From an uncultured Gemmatimonadaceae bacterium (lineage in GTDB: Bacteria; Gemmatimonadota; Gemmatimonadetes; Gemmatimonadales; Gemmatimonadaceae): a DNA stretch of 64,000 bases. The position numbers and the translations under genes are program-made. A model generated the notes under the pieces. It was not told the DNA's origin. It saw nothing but the letters and a program-made list of their open reading frames with translations, and did not search any database. This document shows, in pieces, positions 1 through 9,461 of the stretch. Within the stretch, counting starts at the first letter, position 1, and each line of letters opens with the position of its first letter. The stretch covers positions 32,001 through 96,000 of the forward strand of contig CAVVTZ010000007.1 in the NCBI GenBank assembly GCA_963751275.1, in the 5' to 3' direction.

Positions 1-1873
1 CCCGTACGGCGTCGCGGTCGCCCCCGATGGCACGGTCTACGTGTCGGCGTGGGGCGGCTACGCCGTGGCCGCGTTCACCGCCGCCGGTGGCGGCCGGCTC
101 GCGCTCGCCGCGCCGCTCACGGCAGGCCGCCACCCATCGGCGCTGCTGCTGAATGCCGACGGCTCACGATTGTTCGTCGCGTCGGCCACCACCGACCGCG
201 TCATTGTGGTCGATACGCGCACGCGCAAGGTGATCGCCGAACTCCACGATCCCGCGCCCGCCGGACCCGGAGAGGGCAGCACGCCGAATGCGCTCGCGCT
301 GTCGGCGGATGGGTCGCGGCTCTTCGTGGCCGAAGCGGACAACAACGCCGTCGCCGTATTCGATCTGTCGGCCGCGACCTCGGGCGTGTCGAGCGCGCGA
401 AGCGCCGATCGTCTCACCGGACGCTTCCCCGTGGAGTGGTATCCCGCGGGGCTCGCCATGGCGGGCGACACCGCGCTCATCCTCAACGCGAAGGGGCGCA
501 TCCCCGGCGCGAACCCCGGTGACCCGACGCCGGTGAGTCCGAGCGGCGCGACCACGCACATCTACACGCTCGGCCAGCTCAATGGCACCATCACCACGTT
601 CGCGGGCGCCATGGATGATTCGGCCGCGCTCGCGCCGCTCTCCGCGCGCGTCGCCCGCGCGAATGGATGGGATGCCGCCGCCCGCACCACGGCGCATTAT
701 CCGCCCTTCGAGCACGTGATCTACATCCTCAAGGAGAACCGCACGTTCGATCAGGTGCTCAGCGATCTCCCCGGTGTGGATGGCGACACGTCGCTGCAAT
801 TCTTCACGCGCGCATCATCGCCCAATCATCACGCGCTCGCCGAGCGCTTCGGCGCGTACGACCGCTTCTTCGTGAACGCCGAGGTGAGCGCCAATGGGCA
901 CAACTGGACGTTCGGCTCGTACGCGGCGGATTACGTGGAGAAGACCGTCGCGCTCGCGTACGCGGACCAGGGGCGCGACTACGACTACGAGGGGGAGAAC
1001 CGCAACGAGGTGCCGGACGACGACGTGAACGGTCCGGCGAACGGGTTCCTCTGGGACGCGGCCGCGCGCGCGAAGATCACGTTCCGCGACTATGGCGAGT
1101 TCACGCACTACGACAGCGCGCCCGGCGCGCGGAAGGGCACCTGGCAGGGCGTCCGTACGGTGATGGCGGGTCACACGAATCCCGATTATCCGGGCTTCAA
1201 CCTTGCGATCAAGGACCAGCACCGGATGGACGTGTGGCTCGAGGAATTCAAGGAATTCGAGCGCACGGGCGAGATGCCGGCGCTCATCACCATGAACCTG
1301 CCGAACGACCATACGTCCGGGATGAAGGCCGGCGCGATCGCGCCGCGCGCGGCCTTCGCCGACAACGATCTCGCGCTGGGCCGCCTCGTGGACGCGGTCT
1401 CGCGCTCCCGTTTCTGGAAGAACACGATCATCTTCGTCGTCGAGGACGATGCGCAGAACGGGCCCGATCACGTGGACTCGCACCGCTCGGTGATGTTCGC
1501 GATCTCGGCTTACAGCAAGCCGGGGCCGGTGCACCGTTTCGTGAACACCACGGATGTCATCGCGACGATCGTCGAGATCCTGCATCTCGGATCGCTCTCG
1601 CAGTTCGACTTCTACGGCCGGCCGCTGCGCGGCGTCTTCGCGAGCGAACCCGACCTCTCGCCGTACACCGCGCTGACGCCCGCGCAGGACCTGGATGAGC
1701 GCAACCCCACGCTGCGCACCGGGGCCGCAGGCGCACGGCCGCTCGATCTCTCCGGCGCCGATCGCGCGAACGAGGACGATTTCAACCGCGAGCTGTGGCG
1801 CGCGTTCAAGGGCGACACGCCGTACCCGGCGGTGAGACGCATGTCGCCGCCCGGCGCGGCGCAGGCCCGGTGA
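1..1873 (+). CDS. YVTN beta-propeller / phosphoesterase (alkaline-phosphatase superfamily) protein, 5'-truncated by window
   Basis: Frame is open from window start. Propeller repeats (PSALLL..DGSRLFVA, PNALALSADGSRLFVAEADNNAVAV) precede phosphoesterase motifs YILKENRTFDQV, LPNDHT and EDDAQNGPDHVDSHRS. Confidence 0.85.
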   Translation, partial: PYGVAVAPDGTVYVSAWGGYAVAAFTAAGGGRLALAAPLTAGRHPSALLLNADGSRLFVASATTDRVIVVDTRTRKVIAELHDPAPAGPGEGSTPNALALSADGSRLFVAEADNNAVAVFDLSAATSGVSSARSADRLTGRFPVEWYPAGLAMAGDTALILNAKGRIPGANPGDPTPVSPSGATTHIYTLGQLNGTITTFAGAMDDSAALAPLSARVARANGWDAAARTTAHYPPFEHVIYILKENRTFDQVLSDLPGVDGDTSLQFFTRASSPNHHALAERFGAYDRFFVNAEVSANGHNWTFGSYAADYVEKTVALAYADQGRDYDYEGENRNEVPDDDVNGPANGFLWDAAARAKITFRDYGEFTHYDSAPGARKGTWQGVRTVMAGHTNPDYPGFNLAIKDQHRMDVWLEEFKEFERTGEMPALITMNLPNDHTSGMKAGAIAPRAAFADNDLALGRLVDAVSRSRFWKNTIIFVVEDDAQNGPDHVDSHRSVMFAISAYSKPGPVHRFVNTTDVIATIVEILHLGSLSQFDFYGRPLRGVFASEPDLSPYTALTPAQDLDERNPTLRTGAAGARPLDLSGADRANEDDFNRELWRAFKGDTPYPAVRRMSPPGAAQAR

Positions 1874-1889
1874 GCGCCGGCCGCCGGCC

Positions 1890-2945
1890 GTGACGCCCTT
1901 CCGTTGGATCCTCGCGGCGGTCTCCTTCGCCGCCGCGATCGCGGTCTCGCTGTACATCGTGCGCTCGTCGTGGCCCGCGGAGAACGCCGCGGTCTCCGTG
2001 TCGCCGCTCGTGCACGCCGCGCTGCTGGCGCTCGCGCTCCTGGAGCTGGGCGCGCGGGGACTGAAGGTGCGGCTCAGCGCGGCGGCGCTCTCGATCCCGA
2101 TGACCTACGGCTCCGCCCTGCGCGCGAGCGCGGGCGGCGACTTCGGCGCGGCGATCACGCCGGCGCGCACGGGCGCCGAGCCCGCGCGGTTCCTCATTCT
2201 CACCGAAGCGGGGATGTCCTCGGCCCATATCATCCTCGTGATCTTCGCCGAGTTGTTCCTCGAGATGATCTCGCTCGCGCTGGTGGCCGTCGCGATGTTC
2301 GTGGTGTTCAAGGGCTCGGGCGGGATGATCCTGGGCATGGCCGGATTGGTCGCCGCGTACGCCGTGTTCGTGCTCGGCGGCGCGGCGATCGGGTTCGCGC
2401 TCTCGCGGACGCACGCGTCGGGACCGCCGCCGAAATGGGCGGCCTACGTGGGGCTCGACGCCGGGCGGTGGCGGGCCGTGCAGCGCTCACTGCGCCAATT
2501 GCGCGACGGGATCGAGGGGCTGCGCAATGTGCGGTACGGCATGGCCACGCTGGCGCTGCTGGCGTCGCTCGCGCATGTCGCGCTGCGCCTCTCGATCCTG
2601 CCGCTCATCGTGTACTCGTTCCACGAGCCGGCGCCGCTCGCGCCGCTCATCCTGTGGCCGATCGCGCTCACGTACGGCAGCGTCGTCGCGCCGGTGCCGG
2701 GCGGCGGCGGAGCGATCGAGGTCGCGTTCAAGGCGACGCTCGGCCACACGATCCCGGCGCGCGTCTTCGGCGCGTCGCTCATTTGGTGGCGCTTCTACAC
2801 GTTCTACATCTTCGTGCTGCTCGGTGCGCTCGTCGCCGGCGGCACCGTGCTGCGCGCGCTCCGCGACGATCCCGCCAAGGACAGCGGCGGGAACGGCGTT
2901 ACGGACGCTGTGGACGCGGCACGAGGATCGGCCGCAGCACCCTGA
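1890..2945 (+). CDS. Lysylphosphatidylglycerol synthase TM / flippase-like (UPF0104) membrane protein
   Basis: Multi-TM protein with ITPARTGAEP, PVPGGGGAIE and LIWWRFYTFY motifs. Confidence 0.8.
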   Translation: MTPFRWILAAVSFAAAIAVSLYIVRSSWPAENAAVSVSPLVHAALLALALLELGARGLKVRLSAAALSIPMTYGSALRASAGGDFGAAITPARTGAEPARFLILTEAGMSSAHIILVIFAELFLEMISLALVAVAMFVVFKGSGGMILGMAGLVAAYAVFVLGGAAIGFALSRTHASGPPPKWAAYVGLDAGRWRAVQRSLRQLRDGIEGLRNVRYGMATLALLASLAHVALRLSILPLIVYSFHEPAPLAPLILWPIALTYGSVVAPVPGGGGAIEVAFKATLGHTIPARVFGASLIWWRFYTFYIFVLLGALVAGGTVLRALRDDPAKDSGGNGVTDAVDAARGSAAAP

Positions 2946-4110
2946 GCGAATCCAGCGGCAGGGGGCCGCTGAGCGTGAACTCCGTGCCGGTGGAATCCGT
3001 CCACTGGATGGAGTTGACGCCCTCCTGCTCGTCCATGCTCTTCATGCGGAATTGGCGCCGCGCCGCGCGTCCCGCCGAATCGCGCGCGGCAGTGGCGGCG
3101 CTGTCGGCATCGCTCCGCGATTCCGCCGGCGCCGTGGCGGTGGACGCGGCGGGCGCCGATGCGAAGCTGGCGAGCGTCACTTCGACCCCGGGCCGCACCT
3201 CGAACACCTTCTTCTGAACGACGCCGGCCTCCTCGGGCACCGTCTGCTCGCTCACGAGCCGCATGCCGGGGAACGGCAGCACGACCGCGCGCTTCGCGGT
3301 GGGCGCGACCGCCATCTGCGACATCTGTGGCGAGGGCGCCTTTGGCGTGAGCTGCGCCTGATCCGTGGCCAGCCCCGGGGCGAGCGCGCCGGAAGCGGCT
3401 GCGGAAGCGGCTGCGGGAGCGGGTGCGGGAGCCGCCGCGACGGCACCATTCACCGGCATGCCGGCCGCCGGTGATTGCATCGCGGGCTTCGGCGCCGCGG
3501 CGCGATCCAATGCGCCTCCCTGCGCTGCGCCATTCTCGTTCGCGCCGCCCGAATCGCGCATTCCGGCGGCGAGCTGCGGCTCCTCGGCTTTCTGCTTCGT
3601 CTTCTCCTCGAGCTTGTCGGCCATCACGCGCGCGTCGGCACCGGCGCCGGCGGCGCCCGCCGGAGCGGCTGCAGGCGCGCTCGTATCGACCGACGGTGAC
3701 ACCGACGCCACCGCCGCGGGGGCGGCCACCGGGAGATCCTTCGCCTTCAACTGGTCTCGTTGTGGCGCCCGCATCGCGGAGCCGCCGTAGGTCATCACGA
3801 GCAGCGTGCCGGTCGCGACCACCACCAGCGATGCCGCCACGCGCAATGTCCACGGCGGGATCCGCGGAGCGGTGCGCGGCGCGGCGGCCGCACCCGGTGT
3901 CGCGCGATAGTCCTTCGGGATCACGCCCGCCGGCACATTGTCGAGCGCCGCGAGGATCCGCGAGGACGCGGCGATGAACCCGCGCGCGTCGGCTACGGCG
4001 GACGCGCACTGGGTGCAGCGCGCGGCGTGCGCTTCCGCCTTGCGCTCATCCTCCGCGCTCAGCGCGCCATCCAGCCACGCGTGGATCGTTCCTTCGTCAA
4101 GATGCCGCAT
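2899..4110 (-). CDS. Membrane-anchored anti-sigma factor (zf-HC2)
   Basis: HLDEGTIHAWLDG...HAARCTQC (HxxxCxxC), one TM helix and an Ala/Pro-rich tail. Overlaps the stop of the ECF sigma gene. Start moved to ATG 4110. Confidence 0.8.
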   Translation of the reverse strand: MRHLDEGTIHAWLDGALSAEDERKAEAHAARCTQCASAVADARGFIAASSRILAALDNVPAGVIPKDYRATPGAAAAPRTAPRIPPWTLRVAASLVVVATGTLLVMTYGGSAMRAPQRDQLKAKDLPVAAPAAVASVSPSVDTSAPAAAPAGAAGAGADARVMADKLEEKTKQKAEEPQLAAGMRDSGGANENGAAQGGALDRAAAPKPAMQSPAAGMPVNGAVAAAPAPAPAAASAAASGALAPGLATDQAQLTPKAPSPQMSQMAVAPTAKRAVVLPFPGMRLVSEQTVPEEAGVVQKKVFEVRPGVEVTLASFASAPAASTATAPAESRSDADSAATAARDSAGRAARRQFRMKSMDEQEGVNSIQWTDSTGTEFTLSGPLPLDSLRVLRPILVPRPQRP

Positions 4111-4618
4111 GATCGCTCCCGATCCGGCGCGGCATGCGCTGCAGCGCCTCATAATGTTCAACGAGCCGGCGGCGGGCGCGCGAGAGCGTCGTGCCCACCG
4201 AGCGCACCGACAGCTTCAGCGCCACCGCGATCTCTTCGTAATCCAATCCCTCTTCCCGCATCAGGAGCGCGAGACGGTCGCGTTCGGCCAGCCCATCCAC
4301 CGCCGCGCGCGCCAATGCGGCATCCTCGGCCCGTTCGGCGCTCAGCGGCTCCGGTTCGAATACGTCGTCCTTCTGCTCCTCGCGCAGCAACTCGAGGTGC
4401 CGCCGCTGGCGCGCGCTCTTGCGGGCATCGTCGCGCACGAGGTTGTTGGCCACGGTGAACAGCCACGCGCGCTCGTTCGTGATCGTCTCCTGCCGGAGCG
4501 CGCGCACGAACGTCTCCTGCGCCACCTCTTCCGCCCAGTCGCGGTCCCCCAGCCGGCGGGTCAGGTAGCGCACGAGCATGTCGTGATAGGTGCGGAACAA
4601 CCGGTCAACGTCGTGCAC
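4097..4618 (-). CDS. ECF sigma-70 factor
   Basis: AEEVAQETF, AWLFTVANNL, GLDYEEIA..VGTTLSRARRRL. GTG start at 4618 with GGAG upstream. Confidence 0.9.
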   Translation of the reverse strand: MHDVDRLFRTYHDMLVRYLTRRLGDRDWAEEVAQETFVRALRQETITNERAWLFTVANNLVRDDARKSARQRRHLELLREEQKDDVFEPEPLSAERAEDAALARAAVDGLAERDRLALLMREEGLDYEEIAVALKLSVRSVGTTLSRARRRLVEHYEALQRMPRRIGSDHAAS

Positions 4619-4701
4619 GCCATCTCCGCGTTGGAGACGAACTATACCCTTGCAATGGTGGGACGTCCGAGCCGGCCCGACTTGCACATCGGGGGTTCAG
4701 G

Positions 4702-5958
4702 TCAGTAGTCCCCTGCTCCGGACGGGATGCTCGCCATGCCGAGTGGCGGCGTGACCAGCTTGTCATCCCGTGTCACCTCGGAGATCTGCGGTTCGAGCCG
4801 CCGCATCATGGATGTGAACGCCCGCGCGACGTCGGTGTCGAATTCCTTCCCGGCGCGCTCGTCGATGAAGAGCAGCGCCTGCGCCGCCGGGTACGGCGAG
4901 CGGTGCGCCCGCTCGATCCGCAGCGCGTTGTACACGCTGCACACGCGCACCATCTTGCTCCCGAAATGGATGGGGCGCTTGAACAGCCCCTGCGGATAGC
5001 CGCTCCCATCGGGACGGAGATGGTGTTCGTAGGCCACCGTGGCGCCCAGTTCCATGCGCTTGTCGCTCTGCAGGATGATGCGCGCGCCATCCACCGGGTG
5101 CCGTTCCACGATCTTCCGCTCCGCATCCGTGAGCTCGATCGGCTTGGACACCAGCTCGCGCGGCACCTTCGCCATGCCGAGGTCGTGCAGCAGCGCGGCC
5201 ATGCCGAACTCGTGCACGTCCTTGTTGCCGAGTCCGAGCGACTCCGAGAGCGCCATCACGAGCACCGCGACGTTGATCGCGTGGATCGCGTTGTACGGAT
5301 CGCTCGCCTTGAGGCGCAGCAGCGGGATGATCATCGCGCTGCTCCCCTTCATCGCGACCGTGAGCGACCGCACCACCGCGTCCGCTTCCACCAGCGGCAC
5401 GACGTCCTTCGCCTCCACCTGCTCGTAGATCCACGTCGCGGCGCCGGCTTCCTCTTCGAGGGCGAAGGGCAGCCCGGTGCCCTCCATGCCCCCCGCGGGC
5501 GTCGGGGTGCGGGTGTCGCCGAGATCGGCGTTCCCTTCCTCGAGTTCGCGCACGGTGACGATGCCGAAGCGGATGCTCTGGCGCGCGCCCGGTGCGCGCG
5601 TAGGCGCCGGGACGGTCCCGCCCGCGCCGCTCTGCACCACGCGCGCGAGCACGTCGGCCACGAAGTCCTCGAACTCGTCGCGCGTCACCTCGGCGTCGAA
5701 CTCCATGCGCTGCACGCCGGATTCGGCGAGCCGCTGCGCCCAGGGCCAGTCCTTGAGGTCGTGCAGCGGCGCCTGGCCGTAGATCACGTCGCGGCCGATG
5801 AAGGAGAAGAGCGGCTGCGCGTTCTCCTTCTGCAATTCCGCGAGCTGGTCGTACGAGGCGTCGGCCGCGCGCTTCCACGTGGGATGCTCGCGCGGGTACA
5901 GCATCATCGTCGACAGGCTCTGCGCGAGCGACGTCAAGAACTTCGCGGGGGCGTTCAT
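4702..5958 (-). CDS. HD-GYP domain protein (copy 1, distal Asp degenerate)
   Basis: LLHDLG, RHPVDG and HHLRPDGSGYP are present; VCSVYNAL replaces VaDxyDA. Confidence 0.85.
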   Translation of the reverse strand: MNAPAKFLTSLAQSLSTMMLYPREHPTWKRAADASYDQLAELQKENAQPLFSFIGRDVIYGQAPLHDLKDWPWAQRLAESGVQRMEFDAEVTRDEFEDFVADVLARVVQSGAGGTVPAPTRAPGARQSIRFGIVTVRELEEGNADLGDTRTPTPAGGMEGTGLPFALEEEAGAATWIYEQVEAKDVVPLVEADAVVRSLTVAMKGSSAMIIPLLRLKASDPYNAIHAINVAVLVMALSESLGLGNKDVHEFGMAALLHDLGMAKVPRELVSKPIELTDAERKIVERHPVDGARIILQSDKRMELGATVAYEHHLRPDGSGYPQGLFKRPIHFGSKMVRVCSVYNALRIERAHRSPYPAAQALLFIDERAGKEFDTDVARAFTSMMRRLEPQISEVTRDDKLVTPPLGMASIPSGAGDY

Positions 5959-8069
5959 GCGCTCCTCGTGCCGCGCAACGCGGCCTGGATCTCGGGGTCA
6001 CCGTCGCGCGCCGCGATGGCCAGCACCCGCTGCGCGGCGGGCTCCTGCTTCCACGTCGTGGCCAGCGCCGCGAGCGCGGCGACCGTCACCGGCGTCTTCG
6101 GGGCGAGTTTCCGGCGGAACTGGAACCGGCGCTTCGGCGCGAGTGTGGCCGCCACGAGGCAATCCAGCACGGCCTGGAGGCGCACCGGCTGCAGCACTTT
6201 CACGGCGAGCACGCCGAGCATGCCTTCCAGCGAGTGCGCGGTGAGGCGTGCGGTGAGCACGGGCATCGCGTCGCGCGGGCATCCCCGCTCCGCCGCGACG
6301 TTCAGGCCGGCGCGCACGATGCGTTCGTCCTCATCGCCCACCGCATCGGCCACCGCCTTGTCGCGCAGCTTCTCATCGTTGAGCAGCAGCGCGTAGGCCT
6401 CGCGCCGCACCCGCGCGTCCGGATTGCGCGCGTAGGGCTCCGCGCTGAACCCCGCCGGCCACTGCGGGAGCCGTCCCATGAGGAGCAGCAGGTTGCGCTG
6501 CACGAACCACTGCGCCTTCGGAAGCCGCGCCACCACCGCGTCGCCCACTTCGGGGCCGAGCTGCGTGAGCATTTCGAACAGTTTCCAGCGCGCGCCGCGC
6601 TCATCTTCCAGTTCCAGCGCGTCCAGCAGCGCGCCGGCGGCCGGGAACCCCACGCGCGAGACGAGCCGGTACAGCACCTCGAAGTCGATCGGGCGGTCGC
6701 GCAGGAGCCGGCGGATCGTGCCGGTGTTGTCGAGATGGCGGCGCACCGTGCGCACCACCTTGTTCTCCTCCGGCGTCCCATCGACGAGCGCGAGCAGCGC
6801 CGCGATCTGGCCCCGCTTCACCATCTCGGCCACCGCGTGTTTCGTCGTCGCGCCGAAGACCTCGGTCTCCAGGCTGAGCTGCACGATGTGCTCGGCCGGC
6901 ACGTCGTACATCCCGCTCGCCGCGGCTTCCTTCGCCGGCTCGGCGATCAGCTTCTCGAGCGTCTGCCAGTAGTTCTCCTCGGGCAATTCAGCGGCGTGGT
7001 CCCAGTCGTTGATCAGCTGGCGCACGTTGTCGCGCAGCGCCGCGTCGGCCTTGTCGCGCCGGTTCGGCGACCCCTTGCCGGCGTGCTTCGCCAGCTTCGC
7101 GAGCAGGAGCAACAGCGCTTCCGACATTGTGTGCGCGGACGCCGAAGCGACCGCCTTCGCGAGATCGAGCACCGTGTCGGCCGCGAGCGCGTGCGACGCG
7201 TTGAGCATGAGCTGCTTCTGCTGCGCCCAGTCCGTGTTGACCTTCAGGATCCGCTGCAGCGCTTGCGGCGTGAGACTGCCGATCAGGTTCGAGACGCGCG
7301 ACTGGAGCGCCTTGGCCGCCTGTCCGCCTTTGGATCGGATCTCGTCCATGAACGAGCCGAACATTGAGAGGATGCCCTTGTCGAAGTCCGGGTCGTTCTC
7401 GCGCCGCTCGATCGCGCCGGCGAGCGCGAGCGGATCGTTCGCGTACTCCGGCACCGTGATCGCGCCGCCCATCATCTCCGGACCGACGGCCGACCGCGCG
7501 AGGCGCGTCCAGAGTTGGCTGGCCCAGCTGCCGCGCTCCGGATCCTCGGCGTTCGCGTCCTTGTCCTGCAGTTCGAGCTGGTCGTACGAGAGCGGGAGCA
7601 GGCGGAGGTGCGGCCACTCGCGCACCGGCAGCGGCGCGGCCGCGTTCTCCTGGCCGTCCTTCACCGCCGCGATCTTCGCGGAGTTCCGTTCGCCCGCCTT
7701 CGAGCCCTCGCGGGCGATCGTCTTCATCACCTCGACGAGCTCGACGTCCTCCACGCCCTCCTGGATGCGCACACCACCGACCTCCCGTCGGTAGAGCTTC
7801 ACCGCGAGCTCGCGGAGCACCGCCGTGTTGCGGTCGGTGGCCATCCCATCGATCAGCAGGTGGTCGCGCGCCACGCCGATCGAGAAGGTCGGGCGCTCGG
7901 CGAGGATCGGCTTGAGACGCCGCGCGATGCCCGTGGCCGCCGTCTCGAGCAGCGGGTGCCCGTCGGGGTACATGGTGTACTTGTGGAGCGCGGTGGACAG
8001 CTCCACGAGGAACTCGGTCAGTTCACGCGGCAGCGCGGCGGTGTCGGCGCTGGCCTGGGTTGTAGGCAC
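5955..8069 (-). CDS. Uncharacterised protein with C-terminal HEAT/armadillo-like repeats (copy 1)
   Basis: 704 aa helical protein with WFVQRNLLLL, NPDARVRREA and DEDERIVRAG HEAT-like motifs. ATGA-coupled to the HD-GYP gene. Confidence 0.75.
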   Translation of the reverse strand: MPTTQASADTAALPRELTEFLVELSTALHKYTMYPDGHPLLETAATGIARRLKPILAERPTFSIGVARDHLLIDGMATDRNTAVLRELAVKLYRREVGGVRIQEGVEDVELVEVMKTIAREGSKAGERNSAKIAAVKDGQENAAAPLPVREWPHLRLLPLSYDQLELQDKDANAEDPERGSWASQLWTRLARSAVGPEMMGGAITVPEYANDPLALAGAIERRENDPDFDKGILSMFGSFMDEIRSKGGQAAKALQSRVSNLIGSLTPQALQRILKVNTDWAQQKQLMLNASHALAADTVLDLAKAVASASAHTMSEALLLLLAKLAKHAGKGSPNRRDKADAALRDNVRQLINDWDHAAELPEENYWQTLEKLIAEPAKEAAASGMYDVPAEHIVQLSLETEVFGATTKHAVAEMVKRGQIAALLALVDGTPEENKVVRTVRRHLDNTGTIRRLLRDRPIDFEVLYRLVSRVGFPAAGALLDALELEDERGARWKLFEMLTQLGPEVGDAVVARLPKAQWFVQRNLLLLMGRLPQWPAGFSAEPYARNPDARVRREAYALLLNDEKLRDKAVADAVGDEDERIVRAGLNVAAERGCPRDAMPVLTARLTAHSLEGMLGVLAVKVLQPVRLQAVLDCLVAATLAPKRRFQFRRKLAPKTPVTVAALAALATTWKQEPAAQRVLAIAARDGDPEIQAALRGTRSA

Positions 8070-8150
8070 GCGGTGGTGGGCGACGGGTGTGGACGGCTCG
8101 AAACGGGGGCATGATGCCCCTCAAATCTGACCGTCTCCCCCTCGGTCACG

Positions 8151-9461
8151 TCACGACCGGATGATGCCGCTCCCCTTGGGGGTGGCCGGGCGGCCCCCCA
8201 CGTGCGGCACCCCTGCCCCGGGCGTCGCTGCGCCCCGGCGCATCGGCTCGTTCTGGATCGGCACCTCGCCCGAGACGCGCGCGGGGGGCGTGATCGTCTG
8301 CCCCTCGTCGAACGGCATGATCCGGCGCTCCCAGCGCCGCATCATCGTGATGAACGACTTCGAGATGTCGGCGTCGAACACCGTGCCCGCCTTCTCCTCC
8401 ACATAGCGCAGCGCGCTCTCCGGGGTCCAGGCGCCGCGATGGAAACGCCGGGTGCGCAGCGCATCGTAGCAGTCGCACACCTGCACGAGCTTGCTCGCGA
8501 AATGCAGATCGCGCTCGAAGTGCGTCGTGGGGTACCCGCCCCCGCCCGGCAGCATGTGGTGCTCGAAGGCCACCACCGCCGCGAGGTCCAGCTGCGGCTC
8601 GCTGCCGAGGATGATCTTCGCCCCCTCGGCCGGGTGGATGCGCAGCAGCGCCCACTCTTCCTCGGTGGGCGGGCCCGCCTTCGACACGATCTCCTTGGGC
8701 ACGCGCGTCATGCCGACATCGCGCAACAGCCCCGCGACGCCGATCGCGCGCGTGTCGCGGCCGCCCAGTCCGAGGAACTCGGCGAGCCCCATGACCAGCA
8801 CCGAGACGTTGAGCGAATGTGCCGTGGTGTACTGGTCGAACTCCTTCAGCTGCAGCAGCGGCATCATGATCTCGCTGTCGCCATGCATTGCGACCGACAG
8901 GGAGCTCACCACCGCCTCGACCTCCGCCGCGGGCAGCGGACGGCCGGCCGCCACATCGGTGTAGATCGTGCTGATCGTGTCGATCTCCTCGTCCAGCGGG
9001 AAGTTCATCCCGAGGATGGGGAGCGGATCGGTGAGGAACTGGTCCTGGTCGCCGCGGATGCCGATCGCGCCGAACTTGATGCTCTTGTACTCCTTGCCCT
9101 CCACCTTCTGCGTATGGCGCGGGTCGACGAAGCCCGGCGTGATGAGCGCCATGATCTCGAAGAGGAAGTCATCGAACTCCTGCTTCGTGACCTCGTCGAC
9201 GAACTCCAGGCGCTGGATCCCGTTCCGGGTGAATCGCTCGGACCACTCCCAGTCGCGCAGTTCCTTCAGCGTCTTGTTCTGGTAGACGACCTCGTCGCCA
9301 AGGAAGGAGTACTTCACCTCCTTCTCGGCGCGCTGGAGCTTCTGGATGATCTCCAGCGCCAGGTTCGCGGATTTCTCGCGCGCCGGGTGCGATGGCGAGT
9401 AGAGCGCCATCGCGGCGAGCGTCTTGCCGAAGGCGTTAAGGAATCGAATTGGTTCGATCAC
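8151..9461 (-). CDS. HD-GYP domain protein (copy 2, HD->RD)
   Basis: YTTAHSLNV, LLRDVG, HHMLPGGGGYP, VCDCYDAL. Paralog of 4702-5958. Confidence 0.85.
   Translation of the reverse strand: MIEPIRFLNAFGKTLAAMALYSPSHPAREKSANLALEIIQKLQRAEKEVKYSFLGDEVVYQNKTLKELRDWEWSERFTRNGIQRLEFVDEVTKQEFDDFLFEIMALITPGFVDPRHTQKVEGKEYKSIKFGAIGIRGDQDQFLTDPLPILGMNFPLDEEIDTISTIYTDVAAGRPLPAAEVEAVVSSLSVAMHGDSEIMMPLLQLKEFDQYTTAHSLNVSVLVMGLAEFLGLGGRDTRAIGVAGLLRDVGMTRVPKEIVSKAGPPTEEEWALLRIHPAEGAKIILGSEPQLDLAAVVAFEHHMLPGGGGYPTTHFERDLHFASKLVQVCDCYDALRTRRFHRGAWTPESALRYVEEKAGTVFDADISKSFITMMRRWERRIMPFDEGQTITPPARVSGEVPIQNEPMRRGAATPGAGVPHVGGRPATPKGSGIIRS

Noticed and set aside
2899..2945. Convergent 3' overlaps (also 17485-17498)
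   Set aside because: Short tail overlaps are common in GC-rich genomes, and nothing indicates a regulatory role.
3388..3436. 12-bp repeats (GCGGCTGCGGAA-like)
   Set aside because: They encode the Ala/Pro low-complexity linker of the anti-sigma factor.
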